Below are positions 35,127-44,116 of a stretch of 64,000 nt of DNA, piece by piece. Positions within the stretch are counted from its first letter, which is position 1. Every line of letters begins with the position of its first letter. Origin of the DNA: Bacteroidota bacterium (lineage in GTDB: Bacteria > Bacteroidota > Bacteroidia > Bacteroidales > CAIXZF01); assembly GCA_022709385.1 (NCBI GenBank), contig JAKLIX010000016.1, positions 8,926 to 72,925 of the forward strand. The letters are read 5' to 3'. The translations under genes and the position numbers were made by a program. The notes beneath the pieces are model-generated. The model had not been told where the DNA came from. It worked only from the letters and a program-made list of their open reading frames with translations, and did no database searches.

Positions 35127-35872
35127 GATCTTGGCTCGAAGATTTTCCAGTGGAATAATCCTGTTTTCTGGAGGAAGTACTGAAAGGACACGGTGAGTAC
35201 CCCCAGGCCGTAAATCACGCTTCTCCTGAAATTAATGGATGATCCTTCGGTGAAATAACGTGTCGGACAGGTGATTTCGGCAATTTCATAGCCATGCCAG
35301 AATATCTGGGCGAGCATCTGGTTGTCGAACACAAAATCGTCGGAGTTGGCCGGGTAGTTTATTTTCCGGAGGACTTCAGCCGAGAAGGCCCTGTAGCCGG
35401 TATGATATTCCGATAGTTTCTGACGGATGAGCAGGTTTTGAGTCAGGGTCAGCAGGCGGTTAAAGACATATTTATAATATGGCATACCGCCTTTCAGGGC
35501 GCCTCTTCCGAGGATTCTGGAGCCAAGCACCACCTGGTAGAGGCCGGTTGCGATCAGGGAGGCCATGGCAGGGATCAGCTTCGGGGTGTACTGGTAGTCG
35601 GGGTGTACCATGATGACGATATCGGCTTTGAGGGACAGGGCTTTCTCGTAGCATGATTTCTGGTTTCCGCCATAGCCTAAGTTTTTCTCATGTCCGATGA
35701 TATGATGGATTCCGAGTTTACGGGCCACCTCCAGGGTATCATCCATGCTGGCATCATCCACCAGGACAATCTCGTCCACCAGTTCGAGCGGGATTTCCCG
35801 GAAGGTGTCTTCAAGCGTCCTGGCCGCATTATAAGCGGGCAAAACCACCACAATCTTCTTTCCCTGCAGCAT
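35123..35872 (-). CDS. family 2 glycosyltransferase (polyprenyl-phosphate sugar synthase, DPM1/ArnC/GtrB-like)
   Basis: VVLPAYNAARTLEDT...VLVDDASMDDT...DAD-like HPDYQY. 249 aa soluble GT-A fold. Confidence 0.85.
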   Translation of the reverse strand: MLQGKKIVVVLPAYNAARTLEDTFREIPLELVDEIVLVDDASMDDTLEVARKLGIHHIIGHEKNLGYGGNQKSCYEKALSLKADIVIMVHPDYQYTPKLIPAMASLIATGLYQVVLGSRILGRGALKGGMPYYKYVFNRLLTLTQNLLIRQKLSEYHTGYRAFSAEVLRKINYPANSDDFVFDNQMLAQIFWHGYEIAEITCPTRYFTEGSSINFRRSVIYGLGVLTVSFQYFLQKTGLFHWKIFEPRS

Positions 35873-35877
35873 GGGGG

Positions 35878-38800
35878 TTATTTGCTTTTATCCGGAGCCG
35901 GAGGAATGGCAGGAAGGGGTTTGTAATTCTTTAATTCTTCCAGGATCACTTCGATGGCTTTGTTCAGCTGATCATCCGTTCCTTCATATTCACGTGCCGG
36001 ATCGTTTTCCAGGAAAATATCCGGATCAACGCCATAGCCTTCGATGATCCACTTGCTTTCCTCTGCCGAGTAAGAAGCAAATTCCGGCTTTCTGAGGTCA
36101 CCGCCGTCGATGAAAGGCAGGCTTCCCCTGATTCCGACCACGCCGCCCCATGTTCTTGTGCCGATGGTTTTCCCGATCTGGTGTTTTTTAAAACCATAAG
36201 GGAACAAGTCTCCGTCGGAAGCAGAATAGTGATCGATCAGCATCACTTTGGGTCCCAGCATCATCTGCCGGGGAGTCTGACCTGGAACGGTGGAATTACG
36301 GGACATATTGGCCCGTGTGACTTCCCGCTGCAATCGTTCGAGGATCATCGGCGAGACATTTCCTCCTCCGTTACCGCGATCATCAATGATCAGGGCTTTT
36401 TTGTCGAGTTGCGGGTAAAAATACCTGGCAAACTCATTCAGACCTTCCACTCCCATGTCGGGGATATGGATATATCCGACCTGTCCGCCCGTCGCTTCAC
36501 TCACTTTCCTTATATTATCCTGTACCCAGTTGTAATAATACAGGCTGGTCTCTGATTTCACCGGTTTCACCAGTACCGTTCTGCTGCCGGCAAGCTGGGG
36601 TTTGTCGTTCACCCTGAGTTCCACCGGCTGGTCTGCCGTATTGATGAGCAGGCCGTAAATGTCGGGAATGTCCTGGAGGTCGCGTCCGTTCACGGAAAGG
36701 ATATAATCTCCTTCCCTGAGGTCTACGCCTGCTTCGGTCAGGGGGGAGCGGACTGATTCCGACCAGTTTTCACCCGCCAGCAGCTTATTAATCCTGAAGT
36801 AACCTCCTGACGCTTTGCTGAGTTTAGCTCCCAGCAAGCCCAGGTTTATTCTTTCCGGATTGTATTTATCACCACCGTTGACATAGGCATGGCCGACGTT
36901 CAGTTCGCCAATCAGTTCACCGATCACGTAGTTGAGGTCGTTACGGTCGTTCACCCAGGGCAACAGCACTGCATATTTGTCGCGCATGGCCGGCCAGTCT
37001 GTCCCGTGCATGTTGGAAACGTAAAAGAAATCCCTCATCTGCCTCCATGATTCATGGTAGATCTGGTTCCATTCTTCGCGATTGTTCACCAGTACCTTCA
37101 TATTGGACAGGTTCACGGGATCTTCCAGCCCGGCTTTGCCCGTCGGCGGATCGATCACATAGTATTTCCCCCTTTTGGATATCAGCATTTTTTTCCCGTC
37201 TTCTGAAAGCATGAAACCAACGCCCTGCGTAATCTCGCTTGCTTTTTTCTTCTTCAGATCATAATAATACATCACCGTTTCTTCTGTCGCGGCATTCCGG
37301 AAATTGTAATAAATACCTTCCTTCGTGGCTGCCAGATTCCAATAATTACCCGCTTTCAGGGGCAGATCCACAATCCTTCCTCCCATGCCGGCCAGATCGA
37401 TCAGAATGTCCTTCTTTACTGCGGCCTCTTTGGTGTCTTTTTCCTTATTGTCTTTGTTTTCAGTTGGTTGTTCGATGGATTTAACTTCATCGTTTTCAGG
37501 GGCAAAAGGCGATGGCGTCTTATTGTCAAGCAGGACCATGTATATTCTAGACATATCTATATAAGCATGGTTCCATTCTGTATGGCTGTAGGTGGGGTTG
37601 AAGTCCCTGGCGGAAACGAAATACAGGTATTTGCCGTCAGGACTGAAGACAGCCTGGCCCGAATCGAACCAGGTATCGGTGACTTCGTAGGATTTTTTTT
37701 CTGCCAGGTTGTAAAGGCTAACCACATCCATTCCGGTTTTTCTGGGGTCGCTGTATACGATCCACTTACTGTCGGGCGACCAGGAGAACTGGGTGTACTC
37801 CGAAACGGGCGACGTACTTATTACAAACACTTCCCTGCTTTGAATGTCGACATATTGCAAGCGGTTCATCCTGTCGTTCCAGAGAATTTTCCTGCTGTCG
37901 GGCGACCAGGCGATACGGAATTTATAGGTATCGGCACCCTGGGTGACTGCCTGGGGGGCTTCGCTTCCGTCCTGCTTCTGGATATAGATTTCATATTCCC
38001 CGCTTTTATCTGAGAGGTATGCGATGGTTTTTCCGTCGGGCGACCAGGCTGCTTCCCTGTCATGGGCGCCGGCACTGGACGTCAGGTTGCGGGTAATGCC
38101 CGATTTAACGGGCACGGTGAAAATATCGCCTCTGGCGCTGAAAACAATACGTTTTCCATCAGGTGAAACATCGCTATCCGTGATGTTTTTAGTGGCATCT
38201 TTCCAGCTGTCCCTGCTGTGACTGAGGTCGTCGGCAATGGTGACGGGGATTTTTTCCACGCGTTCCGAACGCAGGTCGAAATAATACAGGTAACCGCCTT
38301 TTTCGAAAATAATACAGTCGTTCCCCAGGCTCGGGAATTTGATGTCGTAATCGGTGAAAGTGGTGAGTTTCCTCGTTTGCCTGGTGTCCGGATTATATAC
38401 AAAGAGATTCATCGTACGGTCTCTGTCCGACAGGAAATAGACCTGGCGGTCCTTCCACATGGGAATGATGTCCTGTGCCTTGTGGGATGTGATGTTGACC
38501 GTACTTTTATTCCGGAAGTCATAAATCCAGATGTCATCGGCCATGCCTCCCTCATAGTACTTCCATGTCCTGAATTCCCTGAATATCCTGTTGTAGGCGA
38601 GTTGCTGGCCATCGGGTGAGAAACTGCAGAAACCGCCTGAGGGAAGGGGAAGTTCTTCCGACATGCCGCCCCCGGCGCTTACCTTGAAGAGCTGCCCTTT
38701 GAAATCGTTAAAACTTTGCTTGCGCGACCGGTAGATGATGTGCTTTCCGTCGGGCGTCCATGCCATCACGATGTTGTTGGGGCCCATCCTGTCGCTGATG

Positions 38801-39138
38801 TCGTCACGGCCCAGGGTGGCAGTGATGGTAAGCCGTTTGGGCACACCGCCGCTTGCTGGCATCAGGTAAACTTCCGTATTCCCGTCATATTGCGCCGTAA
38901 AGGCAATCTGACTGCCGTCGGGCGAAAACTTCGCAAACATCTCGTAAGCGGGATCATTGGTGAGTTTGCGGGCCACACCGCCGCTTTTTGCGACAGTGTA
39001 AAGATCTCCCGCATAGGAGAAAACGACCTGGTCGCCGTGAATGGCCGGGAAACGAAGCAGGCGGCTTTCACCCTGGCTGAATGCATGGGCTGCAATACTG
39101 CAGAGCAGTACAATGAGAAATGCTGATTTTTTAAACAT
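35878..39138 (-). CDS. tricorn protease homolog (S41 peptidase with PD40 beta-propellers and a PDZ domain)
   Basis: Signal peptide from ATG 39138. Repeated SPDG...F/Y PD40 motifs, a PDZ-like segment (GDYILSVNGRDL), and a C-terminal S41 domain (IIDDRGNGGGN...SASDGD). Confidence 0.88.
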   Translation of the reverse strand: MFKKSAFLIVLLCSIAAHAFSQGESRLLRFPAIHGDQVVFSYAGDLYTVAKSGGVARKLTNDPAYEMFAKFSPDGSQIAFTAQYDGNTEVYLMPASGGVPKRLTITATLGRDDISDRMGPNNIVMAWTPDGKHIIYRSRKQSFNDFKGQLFKVSAGGGMSEELPLPSGGFCSFSPDGQQLAYNRIFREFRTWKYYEGGMADDIWIYDFRNKSTVNITSHKAQDIIPMWKDRQVYFLSDRDRTMNLFVYNPDTRQTRKLTTFTDYDIKFPSLGNDCIIFEKGGYLYYFDLRSERVEKIPVTIADDLSHSRDSWKDATKNITDSDVSPDGKRIVFSARGDIFTVPVKSGITRNLTSSAGAHDREAAWSPDGKTIAYLSDKSGEYEIYIQKQDGSEAPQAVTQGADTYKFRIAWSPDSRKILWNDRMNRLQYVDIQSREVFVISTSPVSEYTQFSWSPDSKWIVYSDPRKTGMDVVSLYNLAEKKSYEVTDTWFDSGQAVFSPDGKYLYFVSARDFNPTYSHTEWNHAYIDMSRIYMVLLDNKTPSPFAPENDEVKSIEQPTENKDNKEKDTKEAAVKKDILIDLAGMGGRIVDLPLKAGNYWNLAATKEGIYYNFRNAATEETVMYYYDLKKKKASEITQGVGFMLSEDGKKMLISKRGKYYVIDPPTGKAGLEDPVNLSNMKVLVNNREEWNQIYHESWRQMRDFFYVSNMHGTDWPAMRDKYAVLLPWVNDRNDLNYVIGELIGELNVGHAYVNGGDKYNPERINLGLLGAKLSKASGGYFRINKLLAGENWSESVRSPLTEAGVDLREGDYILSVNGRDLQDIPDIYGLLINTADQPVELRVNDKPQLAGSRTVLVKPVKSETSLYYYNWVQDNIRKVSEATGGQVGYIHIPDMGVEGLNEFARYFYPQLDKKALIIDDRGNGGGNVSPMILERLQREVTRANMSRNSTVPGQTPRQMMLGPKVMLIDHYSASDGDLFPYGFKKHQIGKTIGTRTWGGVVGIRGSLPFIDGGDLRKPEFASYSAEESKWIIEGYGVDPDIFLENDPAREYEGTDDQLNKAIEVILEELKNYKPLPAIPPAPDKSK

Positions 39139-39265
39139 GATAATGCTGATTATCTGATCAATGATATATTTTTCACCGGCAAAATTAACCATTTCCCCTT
39201 TGTATTCCAAGCCGCGGCATGCCACCGGCCGTTGCGGGAATACCGCATGATACGGCAGAAAAAAA

Positions 39266-39273
39266 TATCTTTG
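39266..39273 (+). promoter_or_regulatory. -7 promoter box TATCTTTG
   Basis: Exact TAnnTTTG, 19 nt upstream of ATG 39292. It lies inside the longer ORF-track model (39232) and so argues for the shorter start. Confidence 0.45.
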
Positions 39274-39291
39274 CGGAAAACAGGATGTACC

Positions 39292-39891
39292 ATGTTATTG
39301 TCTTTCCTAACCTCCTCTTCGGATCTGTACCAGTGGGTGGTACTGCCCCTGCTGATCTTTCTGGCCAGGATAGCTGATCAGAGCATCGGAACCCTGCGCC
39401 TGATCTTCCTTTCCAAAGGAATGAAGACCATCGCACCCCTGCTGGGTTTTTTTGAAGTGATCATCTGGATACTGGCCATCAGCCAGATTATGCAACATCT
39501 CGACAATGTGATGTGCTACCTGGCATATGGTGCCGGTTTTGCCATGGGGAACTATCTGGGAATCATCCTGGAACAGAAAATTTCCCTCGGTACGGTCATC
39601 ATCCGTATCATCCTGAAAAAGATGAACCCGGAGATGAACCGGCAGCTCAACGACAATGATTACGGGCTGACCCTGGTGGATGCAGAAGGAAGCAGGGGAA
39701 GGGTGAAAATCCTGTTTTCCATCCTGAAAAGGAAAGATCTTCCGCATTTCATTTCCATCATGCAACAGTATGAACCTGATGCATTTTATACCATTGAGGA
39801 TGTGAAAGCTGTGAACGAAGGGGTTTTCAGGCATAATCACCGGAAAACTATCTTCGACAGTTTTGCCTTCATGCTAAAAAAAGCAAAATAG
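39292..39891 (+). CDS. UPF0316 family membrane protein (DUF5698 + DUF2179)
   Basis: Three N-terminal TM helices (LPLLIFLARIADQSIGTLRLIFLSKG) and a C-terminal soluble DUF2179-like domain (GLTLVDAEGSRG...). Confidence 0.75.
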   Translation: MLLSFLTSSSDLYQWVVLPLLIFLARIADQSIGTLRLIFLSKGMKTIAPLLGFFEVIIWILAISQIMQHLDNVMCYLAYGAGFAMGNYLGIILEQKISLGTVIIRIILKKMNPEMNRQLNDNDYGLTLVDAEGSRGRVKILFSILKRKDLPHFISIMQQYEPDAFYTIEDVKAVNEGVFRHNHRKTIFDSFAFMLKKAK

Positions 39892-40523
39892 TGTCTTCCT
39901 GCCTGCTGACTACCGCCTGTCTTCCGCCCTGCGAGTATTTCGTGGTAATGCTTCAGTCCACTGAGGTGGTGATCGAACAATGGGAACACTATGGCAGGCA
40001 GTCGTACCGGAACCGCTACCGGATCGCCGGTCCAAACCGCATCCAGGATCTCAGTATCCCGGTGGAGAAACCTGGAGGAGCTAAGGTGTTTAGCAGGGAC
40101 GTCATGATCAGCCGGGCTGAAAACTGGCAGCGCCTGCACTGGTATTCCATCACCGCCGCCTATAATAAATCTCCCTACTTTCTTTATTATCAGGATGATT
40201 TAAAACCCTTCTACCAGAATTCCTTCCGGTTTCTTCTGGATTATAATACGGCTTTACTGCAACTGCTGATGAAATGGCTGAAGATAACTACAGACATAAA
40301 TTTTACAAATGAATATCAGGCATTCCCGGGAATTCCGGATTTCAGGGACCGTATCCATCCGAAAAAACCGGCATCGCTGACAATGCCTCCCTATCACCAG
40401 GTGTTCGCCGGAAAGTCAGGTTTCATAACGGGTTTGAGCATCATCGACCTGGTGTTCAACCTGGGACCGGAAAGTCATGCCTACCTGAAAGCGTTCAATT
40501 TTCTATCCTTGTTCGGAGAATAA
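39891..40523 (+). CDS. WbqC family protein
   Basis: Q.YRNRYRI....G...LSIPV and ...HWYSITAAYNKSPYF blocks typical of WbqC-like proteins. GTG start overlapping the previous stop by 1 nt. Confidence 0.7.
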   Translation: MSSCLLTTACLPPCEYFVVMLQSTEVVIEQWEHYGRQSYRNRYRIAGPNRIQDLSIPVEKPGGAKVFSRDVMISRAENWQRLHWYSITAAYNKSPYFLYYQDDLKPFYQNSFRFLLDYNTALLQLLMKWLKITTDINFTNEYQAFPGIPDFRDRIHPKKPASLTMPPYHQVFAGKSGFITGLSIIDLVFNLGPESHAYLKAFNFLSLFGE

Positions 40524-40554
40524 TTTGTACCTTTAATCATTCAATCCTGTCCCT

Positions 40555-41334
40555 ATGTTCGGCTATTGTCCTCTCAGTCTTGTTCCCCTCCGGCTTGACC
40601 CGTCGCACCGGTCGGAGATGGTGAACCAGATGCTGTTCGGAGAGTGGTTCCGCCTTGAGCAGGAAGCAGGAGACTGGCTGCAAATCTGTTTGCTGCATGA
40701 CGGTTACAGGGCTTATGTCGAGCGTCAGGCGGTGGTAATGACAGAATCTGAGCCCGACCACGAGGGATTTGATTTTGTGGTTGACAACAGGATCATGCGC
40801 TTGTGCAACCGTTCGGGAATCTTTCCGGCCGTGGATGTTGTACAGGGTACACGCCTGAAGGGTAGCGGCCCATACTCCTTTTTTCTGCACAGGCAACAGT
40901 ACGACAGTGATATTCCCGCCCAACCCCTTCCGAAAGTGCTGGACACTGAGCGCCTCATCCTCAGGGCCTGCAGTTGGATCGGGGCGCCTTATCTATGGGG
41001 TGGCAGAAGTATTTTCGGCTTTGATTGCAGCGGATTTATCCAGCAGCTTTTCCGTACGGAGGGCTTCAGCCTGCCACGCGACGCCTGGCAACAGGCACAA
41101 TGCGGGCTGAGGACAGATGGTCTGGCTGCCGCTGCTACAGCTGACCTTGCCTTTTTTGGTTCCGGTGAAAAGATAAACCATGTGGGTTTGCTGCTGACAA
41201 ACAATACCATTATCCATGCCTCCGGCCAGGTGAAGATCAGCATGCTCGATGAAACGGGCATCCTAGCCGATGATGGGAAACACTATTCACACAAGCTGCT
41301 GTATATCAGCAGGGTAGTTTCTGTTAAAAAATAA
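40555..41334 (+). CDS. C40 (NlpC/P60) family peptidase with an N-terminal SH3-like domain (YkfC-like gamma-D-Glu-diamino acid endopeptidase)
   Basis: GAPYLWGGRSIFGFDCSGFIQQLF catalytic Cys block and a downstream INHVGLLL His block. Confidence 0.88.
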   Translation: MFGYCPLSLVPLRLDPSHRSEMVNQMLFGEWFRLEQEAGDWLQICLLHDGYRAYVERQAVVMTESEPDHEGFDFVVDNRIMRLCNRSGIFPAVDVVQGTRLKGSGPYSFFLHRQQYDSDIPAQPLPKVLDTERLILRACSWIGAPYLWGGRSIFGFDCSGFIQQLFRTEGFSLPRDAWQQAQCGLRTDGLAAAATADLAFFGSGEKINHVGLLLTNNTIIHASGQVKISMLDETGILADDGKHYSHKLLYISRVVSVKK

Positions 41335-41402
41335 AGTTTGCTTTTTTTTTCCGCTTTGACTTTTTTTTTCATCTATATAGGTGAACACTAATCCTATAAT
41401 GT

Positions 41403-42470
41403 ATGAAAAAAATGCTGTTGATGATGCTGCTGGCCATGCTGGGTGCGGGTGCAGCGGTGATGTGGTCCTGCCGGAAGGATGTCTCCTCCGGCCAGGGATC
41501 AGAAGTGAGAGAAAGGACAGATGAAGGAGGCAATGATGCGGCCATCGAACAGAAGATCCTTGCCTTCAGGCAGAAGTGTGACTTCCTGGCGAAAAACCCC
41601 GCCATTAAATCTGCCGGGACTGTTTCATCCGGGGAGGCGGGCTGGCTGATGGAGGCCTCACTGAACTACCTGTACGGCTTTCCCTTTGAGTCTGCGGCGA
41701 CCTCCATGCTTGACTCGGCGGGAGTGCTGCTTCCGAAAACGGGGAATGACAGTGTTTCTTACATGGATCTCGCAGCCTGTTATTACAGCCTGATAGATTC
41801 CGTTGAGAGCCTGTATGCGGAAGTATTGCTGGAAAACAAACGGATATTGCTGGCCGATGTCTCCATCGGGGAAAACGATGATCCTGGCTTTTACCTGGTA
41901 AAGCTTAAACTGCTTACCGGCGTGCTCAGGAATATCACTCCGCCTTTCAGCAATCCATACACACCCACCGACTGGTGGTATTATGCCGGTTTGGCCGGAC
42001 ATTGCGGCCCGGTCAGCGGGGGCTATGGCCAGGATGCCATTACCGAGATCACACAATATCACGACTGGTTCATCAATACCGGAATCCCTCCGGTGGGATG
42101 CCATTATTTTTTCACTGATATTGAAAGTGCTTTTGTAAATGCGGATAAATTCATCAACCCTAACGATCCCATCGCCGGTGACAATTGGTGCGACTACATG
42201 CTCTTTCGCAGCGACCCGGCCCTTCCCGGCTATCACGATTGCCTTTCACCAGATGAGATGTGGTTCTATCTTCAGAGCCTGTATACCATCTGTCACGATC
42301 CGGCTTACGAATGGGGCGCAACCCAGCCTCCTTTCAAGGATTTCATGGGATTCCTGTTAAACGCCGACCAGTCTGCAACAGGGGTTATTTCCCACAGGCT
42401 AAAACTGACCTATGGGATAGCCCATTTGTCGTGCGACCCGGCCCTTCCCATGTTGCCACCCTATTTTTAA
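41403..42470 (+). CDS. hypothetical lipoprotein (Cys/Trp/Tyr-rich, unknown family)
   Basis: Lipoprotein signal MKKMLLMMLLAMLGAGAAVMWSC. No motif recognised. Confidence 0.65.
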   Translation: MKKMLLMMLLAMLGAGAAVMWSCRKDVSSGQGSEVRERTDEGGNDAAIEQKILAFRQKCDFLAKNPAIKSAGTVSSGEAGWLMEASLNYLYGFPFESAATSMLDSAGVLLPKTGNDSVSYMDLAACYYSLIDSVESLYAEVLLENKRILLADVSIGENDDPGFYLVKLKLLTGVLRNITPPFSNPYTPTDWWYYAGLAGHCGPVSGGYGQDAITEITQYHDWFINTGIPPVGCHYFFTDIESAFVNADKFINPNDPIAGDNWCDYMLFRSDPALPGYHDCLSPDEMWFYLQSLYTICHDPAYEWGATQPPFKDFMGFLLNADQSATGVISHRLKLTYGIAHLSCDPALPMLPPYF

Positions 42471-42583
42471 ATCAGGACGTTCACTTCACTCAGGCAGATT
42501 TCCATGCCTGGAAAGAAATTACTGCTTAGTCTCCCGTTTGAGGCGGGATGTGCATCGGATCATTAAATTCAAAAGCAAAGCAT

Positions 42584-44089
42584 ATGAACTTAAAAGCATC
42601 TTTATTCAGCTTATCGCATGTACACCTTCTCCTTATGTGCGGATGGTGCATGGCAGTCTTGCTGCCGGGAAAATCCTTGGATGCCCACCATGGCCCGGGT
42701 ATTATTATCGACAGCCCTGAGAATGAAGAAATTACCGCTATGTTCGAAGATCCTGCCGGTAATAAGATCTTCCTTTGTAAGCAGGGAAGCCATCCTGCTC
42801 CCTGTAACATGCTGATCCTGCGGTTCAGCCCGTCGGGATTGCTGAATTTGCAAAGCGTTCTGGCCATTCCGGATACTTCTGTTATCCTGTATGCGGGTTT
42901 TGGAACCCCGGAGGGTCAGTATGTTTTCACAGGTGTGATACGCGAGCCGGTGATAACGAATTACCCTGCATACTGTATGCTGGTGAGCGTTGTTACGGAT
43001 CCATCGTTCAATGTGACGGCCATCCGGCGGTATCCGATTGGTCCGGAATATTGCATGATCGACGGGATGTATGTCTGCAGCCATGATGCCTTTGCCCTCA
43101 CCGTGGCCTGCAATACAGGCGATTTCGCAGGAAGTAATCATTACAATGATTTGGTGATAAGGCGGTTCAACGCATCGGGTGAGCTGATCCTGGAGAAGAA
43201 TTTTCACTTTGCCTGGCCGCAAAAAGTGGTGGCTGTGGTTCATCCGGGCGGGAGCAGTCAGCATTGTCTGCTGGCGGAGGGTTTTTCCGATCAAAGTTTC
43301 CTTCATCTGCTTTATCTCGATCCGGACTGGAATATCCAGGATATTTTCCCTTTGCTGCCCGGGGATTTTTTCAATGATCCTTTGTCGGCCAGGTGGATTG
43401 ACAGCCTTTCCATGATGATCATCTGCGAACACAATGTCAGCATTATTGATTCGGATATCCGGTGCATGCATGTTTCCGGTGACGGGACCATCATGAACTT
43501 TTTTGACCTAGTTTCACCCGATAAGATTGACTGGCCTGCCACAGACCGCGGCATTCATGCTGTTTACGACAGCAGCTTTACTTTCCTCGGAGCCGGGAAC
43601 AGTTTTCCGTTCAGCTATATAAGTACGATTTCCGTTACGCGCATGACGACCGGATTGCAAACGGTCTGGACCAAGACATACAGCGATATTGAAAACTATT
43701 TCATCGTCGGTGCATTTCCCCTTGCGGGTGGAAGCTTGCTGACGGCAGCCAGTTTCACGGTTCCCGGTGTTTCGCCCTATCAGCGCGGACTGATATTTTT
43801 CCGCCTGGATGAGCAGGGCGAATGGATGTCTCTGGAAGAGCCTGAGGAGGACGCAGCTGCTCCCTTTGAGGTTTATCCCAACCCGGGTGGTGATCAATTG
43901 AACATCAGCTGTGCCATTCCCGGCCCCTGGTCGGTTTCAGTCATCTCTTCAGACGGAAGATTATGCAGGGAAAGCAACAGCATGGTTTCCGCGGGTATCC
44001 TCAGCATGGAAGGTCTGCCTTCCGGATTGTATACCCTGTGTTTTACAAAACAGCAATCCAGGCTGTATAAAAAATGGATCAAACGTTAA
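42584..44089 (+). CDS. hypothetical T9SS-sorted protein
   Basis: C-terminal about 80 aa FEVYPNPGGDQLNISC...LPSGLYTLCF matches the type A T9SS sorting domain pattern. The start could also be ATG 42548. Confidence 0.7.
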   Translation: MNLKASLFSLSHVHLLLMCGWCMAVLLPGKSLDAHHGPGIIIDSPENEEITAMFEDPAGNKIFLCKQGSHPAPCNMLILRFSPSGLLNLQSVLAIPDTSVILYAGFGTPEGQYVFTGVIREPVITNYPAYCMLVSVVTDPSFNVTAIRRYPIGPEYCMIDGMYVCSHDAFALTVACNTGDFAGSNHYNDLVIRRFNASGELILEKNFHFAWPQKVVAVVHPGGSSQHCLLAEGFSDQSFLHLLYLDPDWNIQDIFPLLPGDFFNDPLSARWIDSLSMMIICEHNVSIIDSDIRCMHVSGDGTIMNFFDLVSPDKIDWPATDRGIHAVYDSSFTFLGAGNSFPFSYISTISVTRMTTGLQTVWTKTYSDIENYFIVGAFPLAGGSLLTAASFTVPGVSPYQRGLIFFRLDEQGEWMSLEEPEEDAAAPFEVYPNPGGDQLNISCAIPGPWSVSVISSDGRLCRESNSMVSAGILSMEGLPSGLYTLCFTKQQSRLYKKWIKR

Positions 44090-44116
44090 TATTCAACCTA
44101 TCAAATACAATAATTT

